A DNA stretch of 64,000 nt from an uncultured Bacillota bacterium (GCA_963823655.1 CAWGMK010000010.1:288001-352000), one strand, 5' to 3'; counted from the first letter of the stretch, positions 49,400-60,248 are shown. A program made the numbers and translations. Notes: a model not told the origin generated them from the sequence alone.

Positions 49400-51109
49400 A
49401 TGAAGCTTTCGGGCATCCCGTCATCTCCGGGCATAGCTGGGGGGATAATTCGCAGGATGGAAGCGGCCGGCGCGAGGGGGCTGGCAGCGGACTTTGCGAG
49501 CTCGCAGCCTTTGAGCTGGGATGAAGCTGTAGACGCAGCCAAGGGAGTGCTTGAACAGGCGCGAAAGAAAGCGCTTGATTCTGTAGGCGCCGAGGCTGCG
49601 GCAATCTTCGAAGCCCAGATGATGATAGCGGAGGATCCGAGCCTGAAAGATGCCGCAATGGAGCTTTCCGGCGGCAAGCCGGGGGCGAAGGCTGCGATCG
49701 ATGCCGCGGAATCCCTGGCGAAGATGTTCGACGCGATTGAAGATGAGTACATTAGGGCGAGGGGGGCCGACATACGCCATGTCGGCGCGCTAATAGCCAA
49801 GGCCTTTTCGGGAGAGGGCGAAGACAAGCAGGAGGCCAAAGACGGCGCTATATCCTCTTCTAGCGGCTCCAAGGGCATGGTAATTGCAGCATACGATCTG
49901 TCGCCTTCAGAGACAGTCTTCCTGGATGAGAAAAGCGTATCCGGCATCGCTCTTGAGGGCGGGACCGTTAATTCCCATGTATCGATTCTGGCGCAGGCTA
50001 TGGGCATACCGTGCGTAGTCGGCATAAAAGGTTTAATGCAAGCAGCGGTCCAAGGAGATGCCTGCTTTCTTGACGCGGTTGAAGGCTTTTTCCTTACCGG
50101 ACCTGACATCCCGGCAGGAAGCCAGAGCAGCACCCGTCCCGCAGGAGATGTGGCGCAATTTACTAAACATCTCGTTAGCAAGGATGGGTACAACATAGGC
50201 CTTGCCCTTAACATCGGGAACATTGAGGAGCTCAGGAAACTGGCGAGAATTGACCTGTTAAACACCAATATCGGGCTTATGAGGACCGAATTCATCTTCA
50301 TGGGCGCAAAGCAGCTTCCTGGCTACAAGGCGCAAAGCATCATTTACAAGCAGATCATGGAGGCTGCACATTTCGGAATGGTCAGATTCAGGACCTTGGA
50401 CATTGGCGGGGATAAAAAGCCTTCGTTTGTGGAGTTCGCCCATGAGGATAACCCTTACCTCGGTCTCAGGTCCATAAGGCATTCGCTTAAGAATGAAGCC
50501 ATGTTCAAAGAGCAGTTGAAAGCGCTTGTAGAGGCAAGCGAGGGGCATGCCATTGAAGTGATGTTCCCGATGGTGAGCACCATTGAGGAGCTGAGGCGCG
50601 CAAAGGGCCTTCTTGCGGATGCGATAGCCGAAAACGGCAAGGCTAATAGATTTTCGGTCAGCTCGGGCATCATGCTGGAAGTCCCCTCGGCCTGCATTAT
50701 GGCCGACGCCTTCGCAAAAGAGTGCGACTTCCTCAGCATCGGCACGAACGACCTTGTGCAGTACACCATGGCCACTGACAGAGGCAATCCTGAAGTTTCA
50801 GAGCTTTACCAGCAGTTCAACCCTGCGATTTTCAGATTGATCAACTCCTGCGTACTCGCATGCGAAGTGGCGGGGAAGGAGCTTTCTGTCTGCGGGGAGC
50901 TTGCCGGAAGCCCTGAAGGCGCCGTCATACTTGCAGGCCTGGGCGTAAAGAAGCTCAGCATGTCGCCAAGGAACACCATGCGAGTGGCCAAGGCCCTTTC
51001 GCGATTTAGCGTGCATGAGATGCGTATGCTGGCGATGGAAGTGCTTAACGCCTCTTCGCAGCAGGAAGTTCTGGACATGACGGAAGAGATCAGGGCTGGA
51101 GTGAAATAG
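49400..51109 (+). CDS. ptsI: PTS enzyme I
   Basis: SPGIA.G, SHVSILA, IGLMRTEF, DIGGDK, EDNPYLGLR, GTNDL, CGE. Confidence 0.92.
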   Translation: MKLSGIPSSPGIAGGIIRRMEAAGARGLAADFASSQPLSWDEAVDAAKGVLEQARKKALDSVGAEAAAIFEAQMMIAEDPSLKDAAMELSGGKPGAKAAIDAAESLAKMFDAIEDEYIRARGADIRHVGALIAKAFSGEGEDKQEAKDGAISSSSGSKGMVIAAYDLSPSETVFLDEKSVSGIALEGGTVNSHVSILAQAMGIPCVVGIKGLMQAAVQGDACFLDAVEGFFLTGPDIPAGSQSSTRPAGDVAQFTKHLVSKDGYNIGLALNIGNIEELRKLARIDLLNTNIGLMRTEFIFMGAKQLPGYKAQSIIYKQIMEAAHFGMVRFRTLDIGGDKKPSFVEFAHEDNPYLGLRSIRHSLKNEAMFKEQLKALVEASEGHAIEVMFPMVSTIEELRRAKGLLADAIAENGKANRFSVSSGIMLEVPSACIMADAFAKECDFLSIGTNDLVQYTMATDRGNPEVSELYQQFNPAIFRLINSCVLACEVAGKELSVCGELAGSPEGAVILAGLGVKKLSMSPRNTMRVAKALSRFSVHEMRMLAMEVLNASSQQEVLDMTEEIRAGVK

Positions 51110-51182
51110 CCGGTTCGGATCTGCCCGAAAAGCTTATGCAGAAAAAATAAAGTACTAAAAAATATACGAGCATATGCAGCAG

Positions 51183-51217
51183 AAAGGAGCTTCCCGCAAG
51201 GGGGGCTCCTTTCTTTC
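51183..51217 (+). terminator. Terminator closing the dha/pts locus
   Basis: AAAGGAGCTTCC-cgcaa-GGGGGGCTCCTTT followed by CTTT. Confidence 0.7.
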
Positions 51218-51279
51218 GGGTGTATAATATTCATGGTCGGGGGCGTCAGCCTCCGGCGAAAACAAGAGGAGGGGAATAC

Positions 51280-52947
51280 ATGAAAAAGAGCTTCTTTTCA
51301 GGCATGATGGCAGTAATGCTAATTGCCGCCTTCGCAATAGGCGCAATGGCATGCACATCAATTCCCGTATCCAAGGGCGCATCGGCCGGCGGCTACGTGA
51401 TGACCACATGGACAGATGACTCGGGCACCGATAACATGAGAATAAACGTCGTACCGGCTAAGGACTGGCCGGCAGGTTCGATGAGGACCGTCCTTAGAAA
51501 CACAGACTACGGTCAGTTCGCACAGATTGCAACCCCGATATTCTCACCTGGTGAGATGCCACAGGTTCCCCATACCTACCAGTATATCAACGCATCTTAC
51601 TCCTTCATGAACGAGAACGGAGTGGGCATGGGCGAAACCACAATAGGCGGAGAATCAAGGATGAGGAACAGCAAGGGCTGGTTCGACATCGTCGAGCTGC
51701 AAAGGATTGCGCTTGAGCGCTCCAAGACAGCACGCGAGGCCGTCATGATCATGGGTTCTCTCGCTGAGAAGTACGGCTACGGAATCGGCGGCGAATGCCT
51801 TACGGTAGTCGACAAGGACGAAGTATGGCAGTTCGAAGTCTTCGGACCCGGCCCCCTGTGGGAGTACGGCTCCGGCGAGCCCGGCGCAGTCTGGGCAGCA
51901 GCAAGGATACCCGAAGGCTACGTCGGCGTATCGGCCAACAGGAGCAGGATCGGCGAGGTCAACCCCGCCGACACAGCGAATTACCTCTGCTCCGCGCACA
52001 TTTTCTCTCTCGCAGAGTCGATGGGCCTCTGGGATCCTAAGTCCGGCAAGCCCTTCAAAGTGTTCGAGACCTACGGCAAGAAGGCCTATTCACCTTACAA
52101 CGCGCGCCGCGAGTGGAGGGTATTCAGCCTCCTGGCGCCTTCCATGAAACTAGATCCGTGGCTTGAGCAGTACCCGTTCGCAATCAAGCCCGACAAGCCG
52201 GTCACACCGCAGATGCTCATGGCCATCTGCCGCGACCACTATGAAGGCACAGAGTTCGACCTCACCACTGGGCTCCAGGCAGGCGCATTCGGCACCCCCG
52301 ACAGGTGGCCTACCCCTTCCAGCTCCAACCCCAAGAACAGCGTAGGCTGGGAGCGCGCGATATCCATGTTCAGAACCAATTTCTCTGTCGTATTCCAGAT
52401 GAGGGCCGACATGCCGGCAGCAATCGGCGGCCTGGTATGGTTCGGTTATGACAAGCCCGGCACAACATGCTATATCCCGATCTACGCCGGTGCCAAGTCC
52501 CTGCCCGAATCGTTTGCGAAGGGCATGAGAGGCGCCAATTACGACGTATTCAGCCGCGAATCGGCATGGTGGGCGTTCAACTTCGTCTCCAACTACGCCA
52601 ACCTGAAATACAACGTAATGATAAACGACATCAAGGCCGTCAGCGGCCCGTTCGAGGACGAGTTCTTCAAGCTTCAACCCTACATAGAGAAGGCAGCAAC
52701 CGACCTCTATGCCAAGGACCCTGAGCTTGCGAAGGAGTTCATAACCCAGTACACCAACTCTGCGGCCAACAAAGTCGTAGCCGCCTACTGGAAACTGGCA
52801 TCCACGCTGGCCGGCAGGTACACAGACGGATACACCTACGGCTATGGCGACGGCAAGCTGGTACAGAACGGCTACCCGAAGGAGTGGCTGGATGCAGTGG
52901 GCTTCGGAATCAGCACAATAAAGCCCGAGCTCAGGACCACGAAGTAA
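51280..52947 (+). CDS. Secreted C69-family dipeptidase (Ntn hydrolase)
   Basis: Signal peptide ending AMA-CTS (N-terminal Cys nucleophile), MNENGV.MGETT, ALERSKTAREA, RDHYEGT. Confidence 0.88.
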   Translation: MKKSFFSGMMAVMLIAAFAIGAMACTSIPVSKGASAGGYVMTTWTDDSGTDNMRINVVPAKDWPAGSMRTVLRNTDYGQFAQIATPIFSPGEMPQVPHTYQYINASYSFMNENGVGMGETTIGGESRMRNSKGWFDIVELQRIALERSKTAREAVMIMGSLAEKYGYGIGGECLTVVDKDEVWQFEVFGPGPLWEYGSGEPGAVWAAARIPEGYVGVSANRSRIGEVNPADTANYLCSAHIFSLAESMGLWDPKSGKPFKVFETYGKKAYSPYNARREWRVFSLLAPSMKLDPWLEQYPFAIKPDKPVTPQMLMAICRDHYEGTEFDLTTGLQAGAFGTPDRWPTPSSSNPKNSVGWERAISMFRTNFSVVFQMRADMPAAIGGLVWFGYDKPGTTCYIPIYAGAKSLPESFAKGMRGANYDVFSRESAWWAFNFVSNYANLKYNVMINDIKAVSGPFEDEFFKLQPYIEKAATDLYAKDPELAKEFITQYTNSAANKVVAAYWKLASTLAGRYTDGYTYGYGDGKLVQNGYPKEWLDAVGFGISTIKPELRTTK

Positions 52948-53087
52948 GCAAAAATCGACATAAGGTCAAATAGGAAGTGCCTCGGCGACAGCCGGGGCGC
53001 TTCTCATTATCAGGGTGCTTCTCACTATCGTGGACTTCCCGTTTATCGACAGCAAACTCCGCTTGAAGTATCATTGAAATACCGGCG

Positions 53088-54101
53088 ATGAGCGGAGGGA
53101 TTGCATTGAGAAGGATTGCGGTGCTGACAAGCGGCGGCGACGCCCCCGGCATGAACGCGGCGGTCAGGGCGGTCACGAGGAAGGCGATAGGCCTAGGCGC
53201 AGAAGTCGTTGGTGTGCAAAGAGGCTACCAGGGCCTTATAAACGGCGACTTCATCGAACTCAAGTCGAGGTCTGTGGGAGACATCCTTCAAAGGGGCGGC
53301 ACGATGATCAAGACCGCAAGGTCTGAAGAATTCAGGACCCCCGAAGGGCGCACCAAGGCCATGCTCATGATGAAAAGCTACCAGATAGAGGGCTTGGTGG
53401 GAATAGGCGGCGACGGCACCTACAGGGGCCTTGCAGAGCTCGTGAAATTGGGCTTTCCGGTAATCGGCGTGCCCGGCACCATAGACAACGATATAGCGTC
53501 CACTGATTATACGATAGGCTTCGATACAGCCTGCAATACAGTGATAGATGCTATCAATAAGATAAGGGATACGGCGTCCTCCCACGACAGGACCTTCGTC
53601 ATTGAAGTCATGGGCATGCGATGCGGCGATATCGCGCTTCATACGGGGCTCGCAGGCGGCGCTGAGGAGATTATTATACCCGAGATACCCTATGACATCG
53701 AAAAGGCTTGCGCAAGGATTGAAGACGGCGTTAAAAGGGGCAAGGGGCACAGTATCATAGTCGTGGCCGAGGGCATCATCGACAAAGCGGCTGATTCAAT
53801 GGCTGCGACGCACGGCAGCGCCTACTACATCGCAGACCAGATCAGGAAGAGGACCGGCATGGAATTCAGGGTGATCGTCCTGGGTCACGTTCAAAGGGGA
53901 GGCTCTCCTACTGTAAGGGACAGGGTGCTTGCCACAAGGCTGGGAGCCAAGGCGGCCGAGCTTCTGATTTCGGGCGTGCGCGATGCGGCGGTGGGGATAA
54001 AAGACGACGTAATCGTGCATTACCCGCTGCTTGAAGCGCTTGCTATGGAGAAGCACGTGAACATGGACTTATATGGGCTGGTCAACGAGATGTCCATATA
54101 G
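53088..54101 (+). CDS. pfkA: ATP-dependent 6-phosphofructokinase
   Basis: TSGGDAPGMNA, GGDG, PGTIDND, LGHVQRGG. Confidence 0.95.
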   Translation: MSGGIALRRIAVLTSGGDAPGMNAAVRAVTRKAIGLGAEVVGVQRGYQGLINGDFIELKSRSVGDILQRGGTMIKTARSEEFRTPEGRTKAMLMMKSYQIEGLVGIGGDGTYRGLAELVKLGFPVIGVPGTIDNDIASTDYTIGFDTACNTVIDAINKIRDTASSHDRTFVIEVMGMRCGDIALHTGLAGGAEEIIIPEIPYDIEKACARIEDGVKRGKGHSIIVVAEGIIDKAADSMAATHGSAYYIADQIRKRTGMEFRVIVLGHVQRGGSPTVRDRVLATRLGAKAAELLISGVRDAAVGIKDDVIVHYPLLEALAMEKHVNMDLYGLVNEMSI

Positions 54102-54126
54102 TAAAGGCTCCAAACAATATTCTAAA

Positions 54127-54165
54127 AAAAGCGCTGCTTTGGCATCTGGCCAAGACAGCGCTTTT
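54127..54165. terminator. Bidirectional terminator between pfkA and msrAB
   Basis: AAAAGCGCTG..TTGGC...GCCAA..CAGCGCTTTT. Confidence 0.7.
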
Positions 54166-54202
54166 GTCGCCTCTATATACCTGGCAACAAGAAACAATTA
54201 CT

Positions 54203-55312
54203 TTATTCTAACCAATGAATGATTGCCCCATATCCTTGGGCCTGCATCTCGGCTTTCGGAACGAACCTCAGCGCTGCGGAATTTATGCAGTAACGCAGGC
54301 CGCCGTACTCGGCTGGTCCGTCATCGAACACGTGACCTAGATGGGAGTCCCCGCTGCGGCTTCTTACTTCCGTCCTTGTGTAACCCAGGCTCTTGTCGAC
54401 GACATAAGTCAGCACATAGTCGACGATTGGCTTCGTGAAGCTGGGCCAGCCGCTGCCGGATTTGAACTTGTCCTTGGATGAGAACAGGGGCTCGCCTGTG
54501 ACGATATCCACATAGATGCCGGGCTCGTAGTTCTGGTCATAGATGTTGAAGTAGCAGGCCTCAGTTGCCTCAAGCTGCGTTACTCTGTATTGCTCATCGG
54601 TCAGCATCCGCTTGATCTCCTCATCGCTTGGCTTCGGATAGTCGCTGACCCTTAACACCGGTTCACCCGCAAGCGAGAGGTTTATATGGCAGTAGCCGCT
54701 CGGGTTCTTGTCCAGATAATCCTGGTGGTAGTCTTCAGCGTTGTAGAACTTCGTCAGCGGCTCTACCTCAACGGCCAGGGGCTCGCTGTAAGCCCGCTGC
54801 ACCTGGCTCATCCTGTTTTGAATTACGGGAAGGTCGGCCGCGTCCTTGTAATATATGCCGGAGCGGTATTGGACGCCCACGTCATTGCCCTGCTTGTTGA
54901 GGCTTACCGGGTCGATAATCCTGAAGAAGTAGATTAGCACTTCGTCAAGGGAGATGCGGCTTGTGTCGTATCTGACCATAACCGCCTCCGCGTGCCCTGA
55001 ATTCCTGTATATTAGATCCTCGTATGATGGGTTCTCGGTGCTCCCGTTCGCATAGCCGGAGACGGATTCCACCACGCCGTCTATGCGCCCCATGTAAGCC
55101 TCTACACCCCAGAAACATCCTCCGGCGAGGTATATCTCCTTAATGCCGGTGGGCGTTGTCCCCGCTTGTATATTGCCTGACACGGGTACCGTCTGAGGCG
55201 GTGCCGACGCAATTTCATTATCCCCGCAGGAGCTCAAAAGATATGCGCCTGCCAGTATGGATGCCACAGCCACAACGATGATAATCACCCGCTTTTTGCT
55301 AAAATTTTTCAT
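54203..55312 (-). CDS. msrAB: Fused methionine sulfoxide reductase A/B with N-terminal membrane anchor
   Basis: [44 protein letters not shown]. Confidence 0.94.
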   Translation of the reverse strand: MKNFSKKRVIIIVVAVASILAGAYLLSSCGDNEIASAPPQTVPVSGNIQAGTTPTGIKEIYLAGGCFWGVEAYMGRIDGVVESVSGYANGSTENPSYEDLIYRNSGHAEAVMVRYDTSRISLDEVLIYFFRIIDPVSLNKQGNDVGVQYRSGIYYKDAADLPVIQNRMSQVQRAYSEPLAVEVEPLTKFYNAEDYHQDYLDKNPSGYCHINLSLAGEPVLRVSDYPKPSDEEIKRMLTDEQYRVTQLEATEACYFNIYDQNYEPGIYVDIVTGEPLFSSKDKFKSGSGWPSFTKPIVDYVLTYVVDKSLGYTRTEVRSRSGDSHLGHVFDDGPAEYGGLRYCINSAALRFVPKAEMQAQGYGAIIHWLE

Positions 55313-55492
55313 TTGACCACTCATTTCGATTAGATTTATCCACGTACTAATATATACGAATCCTGCATAAAATCGTTCTATCCCAGAGTCCATCGGAGCC
55401 CTGTGCGGATGGCTGTTTCGAGCCTCGAACAAACGGGATAAGCAGAAGGAGCATCTTGCATCGGCTAGCTTGCCGTTTAGCCCCTCCGAATG

Positions 55493-55525
55493 AAAACATC
55501 CCCGGACCTAACGATCCGGGGATGT
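55493..55525 (-). terminator. Terminator of the peptide ABC operon
   Basis: ACATCCCCGGA...TCCGGGGATGT followed by TTT on the minus strand. Confidence 0.75.
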
Positions 55526-55547
55526 GCATTGATATCGGGTTTTGGCT

Positions 55548-56586
55548 CTATTTAACGAAAAGGCATGCCACCCTGTGGCCCGGGGTGATCTCGATCAACT
55601 CCGGCTCTGTCACATCGCACTGCCCTTTTGCGAACTTCGGGCAGCGGGGGTGCAGCCTGCAGCCTGAGGGCGGATTAATCGGGTTGGGTACCTCTCCCTT
55701 GAGGACCTGCCCCAGCTGCCTGTTGTTCGGATCCGGCACGAATACCGCCTTTATTAGCGCCTGGGTGTAAGGGTGCAGGGGGTTCTTGACGACGTCGTCT
55801 GCGCTTCCCTCCTCGACTATCCTTCCCAGGTACATGACTGCTATCCTGTCGCAGATATGCCTTGCGGTGGCAAGGTCGTGAGTGATGTATACGAAGGTTA
55901 CGCCCTTGTCCTTCGCCAGGTTCTGCATCAGATTCTAGGACTTCTCCTCTAATGGACACGTCCAGCATCGATACAGGCTCGTCAGCTACTATGAATGAGG
56001 GATCCAGCGCAAGGGCTCGCGCAACCGCGATCCTCTGCCTTTGCCCGCCTGACAGCTCGTGAGGATACCTTCCGATATACTCCTCGACCGGCGTCATCTC
56101 GACGTCCTCTAGCACCTGCTCCACCCTCGGCAATGCCGCTTCGACGTCCTTTGCCACCCTTTGTATCCTCAACGGTTCGGATACCACGCTGCAGACGGGA
56201 AGCCTCGGGTTCATCGATTCATAAGGGTCCTGGAAGACCATCTGCATGTGTCGCCTGAGCACCTTGGTCTCGGCATGGGGCAGCTTCGCTATGTCCGTGC
56301 CCTCGAACCACATCTCGCCGTGTGTGGGCTCGGTAAGCTTAAGAAGGGTCCTCGCCAATGTGGTCTTGCCGCAGCCGGATTCGCCGACTATGCCATAGAT
56401 CTCGCCCTTCCTTACGCTAAAGGAAACGCCGTCCACGGCCTTTAAAACAGGCTGTGTGCCTCCTTTAAGAGATGCCAGCAGGCCTCTTCTTACGGGGAAG
56501 TGCTTCTTCAGATTCTCTATATCAAGTATGACCTCTCCGACTTTGACATTCGGATTCGCGGTCACCTTGTCAGCAACTATTGCCAT
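55548..56586 (-). CDS. oppF: Peptide ABC transporter ATPase (OppF/DppF); frameshift near 55935
   Basis: GESGCGKT, FQDP, YPHELSGGQRQR, DEPVS; C-terminus ITHDL, HPYT, PSGC..HPRCP in ORF 55548-55928. Confidence 0.9.
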
Positions 56587-57566
56587 ATGTCCACCCCCTC
56601 GGAGATCTCCCTTTCCCTGTGGCATGCGACCTTCTGTCCGCTGACTACCGACTTCAACAGAAGAGGCTCCTCGGAGCAGCACTTTTCATTGGCCATGGGA
56701 CAACGGGGATTGAAGCGGCAGCCCTTGGGCGGCGAGAGAAGATTCGGAGGCGAACCTGGTATCGAACGGACCTTCTGCTTCTCGGCTGCGATGTTGGGGA
56801 ATGCCTTGACCAGGCCCATCGTATATGGATGCCTGGGCCTCAGGTAAATGTCCTTGGCCGAGCCGTACTCGACTATCTTGCCGCCGTACATTATGGCCAC
56901 ATCGTCGCAGGTCTGAGCGATTACGGCCAGGTCATGGGTGATGAGTATCATACCCAGGCCCATCTTCTTGCGCAGATCCTCCATCGCTGTGAGCACTTGC
57001 GCCTGGACCATTACGTCCAGAGCGGTAGTCGGCTCATCCGCGATGATTATGTCCGGGTTGCATGCCATGGCCATTGCGATGACGACCCTCTGCTTCATGC
57101 CTCCTGAGAACTCATGCGGGTACTCATTGTGGCGCTTGGGGTTGATGCCCACCATATCCAGAAGCTTAAGCATCCTGTCCTTGGCTTCGGCCTTCGTGAC
57201 GTTCTCATGGGCGAGCATCGCCTCTGTTATCTGGTCGCCTACCCTGTGGACGGGGTTTAGGGCGTTCATCGCCCCCTGGAATACCATGGACATCCTCTTC
57301 CAGCGGACTTCCTTGCGGAAATCCTCCTCGGAGAGGTCGATGATCTCCTTGCCGCCCATCTTGACCGAGCCGCCCATGATCTTGCCGTTTGCGGGCAGGA
57401 GCCTGAGCACTGCCGTGGCCATCGACGATTTGCCGCATCCTGACTCGCCGGCAAGGCCCAGCGCCTTGCCCTTGTCCAGGTCGAAGCTGACGCCGTCGAC
57501 GGCTTTGACATAGCCTCTCATGGTCTTATAGTACATAGTCAAATCCCTGACTTCTAACATAGCCAT
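56577..57566 (-). CDS. oppD: Peptide ABC transporter ATPase (OppD/DppD)
   Basis: GESGCGKS, YPHEFSGGMKQR, DEPTTALD, HPYT. Confidence 0.93.
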   Translation of the reverse strand: MAMLEVRDLTMYYKTMRGYVKAVDGVSFDLDKGKALGLAGESGCGKSSMATAVLRLLPANGKIMGGSVKMGGKEIIDLSEEDFRKEVRWKRMSMVFQGAMNALNPVHRVGDQITEAMLAHENVTKAEAKDRMLKLLDMVGINPKRHNEYPHEFSGGMKQRVVIAMAMACNPDIIIADEPTTALDVMVQAQVLTAMEDLRKKMGLGMILITHDLAVIAQTCDDVAIMYGGKIVEYGSAKDIYLRPRHPYTMGLVKAFPNIAAEKQKVRSIPGSPPNLLSPPKGCRFNPRCPMANEKCCSEEPLLLKSVVSGQKVACHREREISEGVDIWQ

Positions 57567-57569
57567 GGC

Positions 57570-59123
57570 TTAAGACCTCTCTCTGTAACGGGGATTTCAG
57601 AATCTCGTTTATCGTGTTGCCTATGAACACGAAAGCGAGGCTTAGGAAAGTAAGGGCCAGTCCGGGAGGCAGCAGCCACCACCAGGCCATTACAGTGAAA
57701 GCTCCGAACCCTCTTGCATTTTGCAGCATGCGTCCCCATGTGGGCACACGCGGATCGCCCAGCCCCAGGAAGCTCAATGATGCTTCCGTAAGGATCGCGC
57801 TCGGGATCCTCAGGACCAGCGACGAGAATACCAGCGGCATAACGTTTGGCAGGATGTGGGTGACCATTACATAGCCATCCGATCCGCCGGACGCTTTTGC
57901 GGCCTCGACGAAAGACCTCTCCTTAAGAGTAAGAGTCTGCGAGCGTACCAGCCTTGCCGTTCCCATCCATGAGAACAGGGCGACAAGTATGACCACGTTC
58001 CAGACGCTAGTCCCAAGAAGGGCCGAAAGGACGATCAATACCGGCAGGCTGGGTATGGCAAGGAGGACATCTACGAAACGCATCAGCACTTCGTCGACCG
58101 CGCCTCCTATATAGCCTGCGATTATGCCCACCGTAGTGCCCAGGAAGACGGAGATGAATGCGGCGGTAAGCCCTATCATAAGGGATATCCTGGCCCCGTA
58201 TATCAGCTGTGACCAAAGGTCGGAGCCCATATGGTCGGTGCCGAGCACTCCGAAGACGAGGCCCGGTATCTTAACATTCATTGCCGACAGGTAGATCTGC
58301 GCGCCTGTTGCCGAATCCGTCTTCGCGATCAGCTTTATGGTGTAATCGCCGGCCTCGGTGAATATCAGCTTGGCGGGGTCTCCGAAGAAGTCCATGCCCA
58401 GCCTCATCTTCACAGGCACGTCCCTGCCGTCCACCGTCGTGTAGGAAAGGGGCCACTCGCCGTAAGAATCGGCGCCCCATACATCGTATTCCTTTCCGGA
58501 GGGCGATACGATCAGAAGCTTCATTCCGGTCATCGATTCAGGCGTGACGCCCTCTATCGCGTAATCGAAAGTGATGTTGAACGTATTCGGTGGATCATAG
58601 CTGTAAGGGAACTTGAATTCTGCGGCGAAAGTCGAACCTGACAGCTGTGCTGGTGCCGGCAAGCTCCGCTATTTGCTCGTCCGTGTATTCCGGGTAAAGC
58701 TCCTTCAGAAGCGCTATCATCGGGTCTTCCGAAGCTGCGGCGCTTGCCGGAGGGAAGCTCTATCTTGACGAACTCATCATCATCGTATGTGGTGGGCGAC
58801 AGAGGGTAATCCAGGCCCTCTGTTACGGTCCAGCCATCAACTCCGACCGCCTTTTCTATCGTCGGCGGCGCGTTCTTATACTTGGCTGACAGGCCTCTCA
58901 TCCATGACGGAGCGGCGAGGTTGTCCGCAAGGAACAGGTCCTTGGTGGGATCGTAGTTGGTGATCAGCGGCGCAGCAAGGGCGCCAAGGACATATATGAC
59001 CACGATTGCCAGGCCTATCATGCCCAACGGCTTGCGCCTGTACTGCTGCCAGAAGGTTACCTTCTTTATCTTCAGGGGAGCTTCCTGGATCGGGCAGGAA
59101 GCGTCCTTCTTCTCTTCGCTCAC
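57570..59123 (-). CDS. oppC: Peptide ABC permease (OppC/DppC) with a large extracytoplasmic insert; frameshifts near 58670 and 57596
   Basis: N-terminal TM plus LAAPSW, then LGTDHMGSD, FVEAAKASG, HILPN, EASLSFLGLG; corrected end NPRYRERS*. Confidence 0.85.
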
Positions 59124-60100
59124 TTCGCCCCACCTCCTACTCTGATCCTGGGGTCGACAAGCCCGTATGCCAGGTCAGCGAGCAGGTTCGAAATGATGAC
59201 GGAGAGCGCTATCAGGTAGAATGCGCCCTGGGCCGCCGGATAGTCCTGCTGCATGACCGCATCGATGAGGTATTTGCCCACGCCGAACCAGGAGAATATG
59301 GTTTCGGTTATCACTGCCCCCGTAACTGCTCCGGGCAATGACATGAATATAAGCGTAAGGATGGGCGGCAGCACGCTTCTGAGGGCGTGCTTGTAAAGAA
59401 CGGTCCTCTTGTCGAGGCCCTTGGCCCTTGCGGTCAGAATGTAGTCCTGCCCCAGGGCCTCAAGCATCGTATTCCTGGTATAAAGGGCCCACGAGCCGAA
59501 GCTTATCACCATGAGGCTGCCCGCAGGCAGAATCAGATGCCACGCCCTGTCCAGGAAGGCAGCTATGACCCCCGGAGGAGGAGGCGCGCTCATCGTACCT
59601 CGTATGGGAAGGATCGGGAAGTAGTAGCCGAATATCATCAGTAACATCAGCTGTATGAAGAAGCCCGGCACAGCATAGGCGAAAAGCCCTGCTCCCGTGA
59701 CGAAATTCTCTGCGAAAGTGCCTCGTCTGGCGGCTGCGAACACTCCTAGCGATATGCCCAACAATGCAGTGGCCGTGAACGAGACGAAGAATAGCTTGAG
59801 CGTATTAGGAAGCCTTTCTTTCAGCTCATCCCAGACAAGGCGCCTGGTGCTGAAAGACCTCCCCATGTCGAACGTGATAAGCGCCTTCAGGTACTTTACG
59901 TACTGGGTGCCTATCGATTGGTCAATTCCGAACTGCGATCTGAGTTCCTCCTTGGTAGCCACGTCGAAGTTGGGGTCCAATATCATGGATACCGCATCTC
60001 CCGGCATGATTCTAAACAGGAGGAAGTTGAGGCTCAGAATGATGAAAAGGACCAGTATGGCGTAGCCAAGCCTTTTCAACAGATAATTCCTGAAGCCCAA
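59120..60100 (-). CDS. oppB: Peptide ABC permease (OppB/DppB)
   Basis: MPGD, DMGRSF, HLILP, DYILTARAKGL, ETIFSW.GVG, DPRI. Confidence 0.93.
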   Translation of the reverse strand: MGFRNYLLKRLGYAILVLFIILSLNFLLFRIMPGDAVSMILDPNFDVATKEELRSQFGIDQSIGTQYVKYLKALITFDMGRSFSTRRLVWDELKERLPNTLKLFFVSFTATALLGISLGVFAAARRGTFAENFVTGAGLFAYAVPGFFIQLMLLMIFGYYFPILPIRGTMSAPPPPGVIAAFLDRAWHLILPAGSLMVISFGSWALYTRNTMLEALGQDYILTARAKGLDKRTVLYKHALRSVLPPILTLIFMSLPGAVTGAVITETIFSWFGVGKYLIDAVMQQDYPAAQGAFYLIALSVIISNLLADLAYGLVDPRIRVGGGAK

Positions 60101-60159
60101 GTTCCTGTCACCTCACTTAGCGTGTTTGCCTCTGGCAATGATAGCCCTAATAATTTTTA

Positions 60160-60236
60160 CGAGCCGCCGTCCAGGGACACTGGACGGCGGCCCATAGCAG
60201 GGAAAACGGTAAGGGGCGATCTGGAAACCCCTTACC
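60160..60236 (-). other. Two tandem stem-loops between oppA and oppB
   Basis: GCCGCCGTCCAG-ggaca-CTGGACGGCGGC and GGTAAGGGG...CCCCTTACC. Confidence 0.6.
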
Positions 60237-60248
60237 AATCAAGTCCGC

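Noticed and set aside
39277-52677. Many long antisense or overlapping ORFs (e.g. 44349-45242, 49372-50301, 52150-52677)
   Set aside because: Shadows of GC-rich, codon-biased genes on the other strand; no motifs or RBS
55380-55445. Possible SAM-I riboswitch upstream of msrAB (CTTATCCC…GGGATAG)
   Set aside because: Some pairing is possible, but the SAM-I core (GAGGGA, GCAACC, GTGC) is missing
60131-60160. GGCAATGA… resembling a fluoride riboswitch start
   Set aside because: Opposite strand to the flanking genes and lacks the downstream pseudoknot segment
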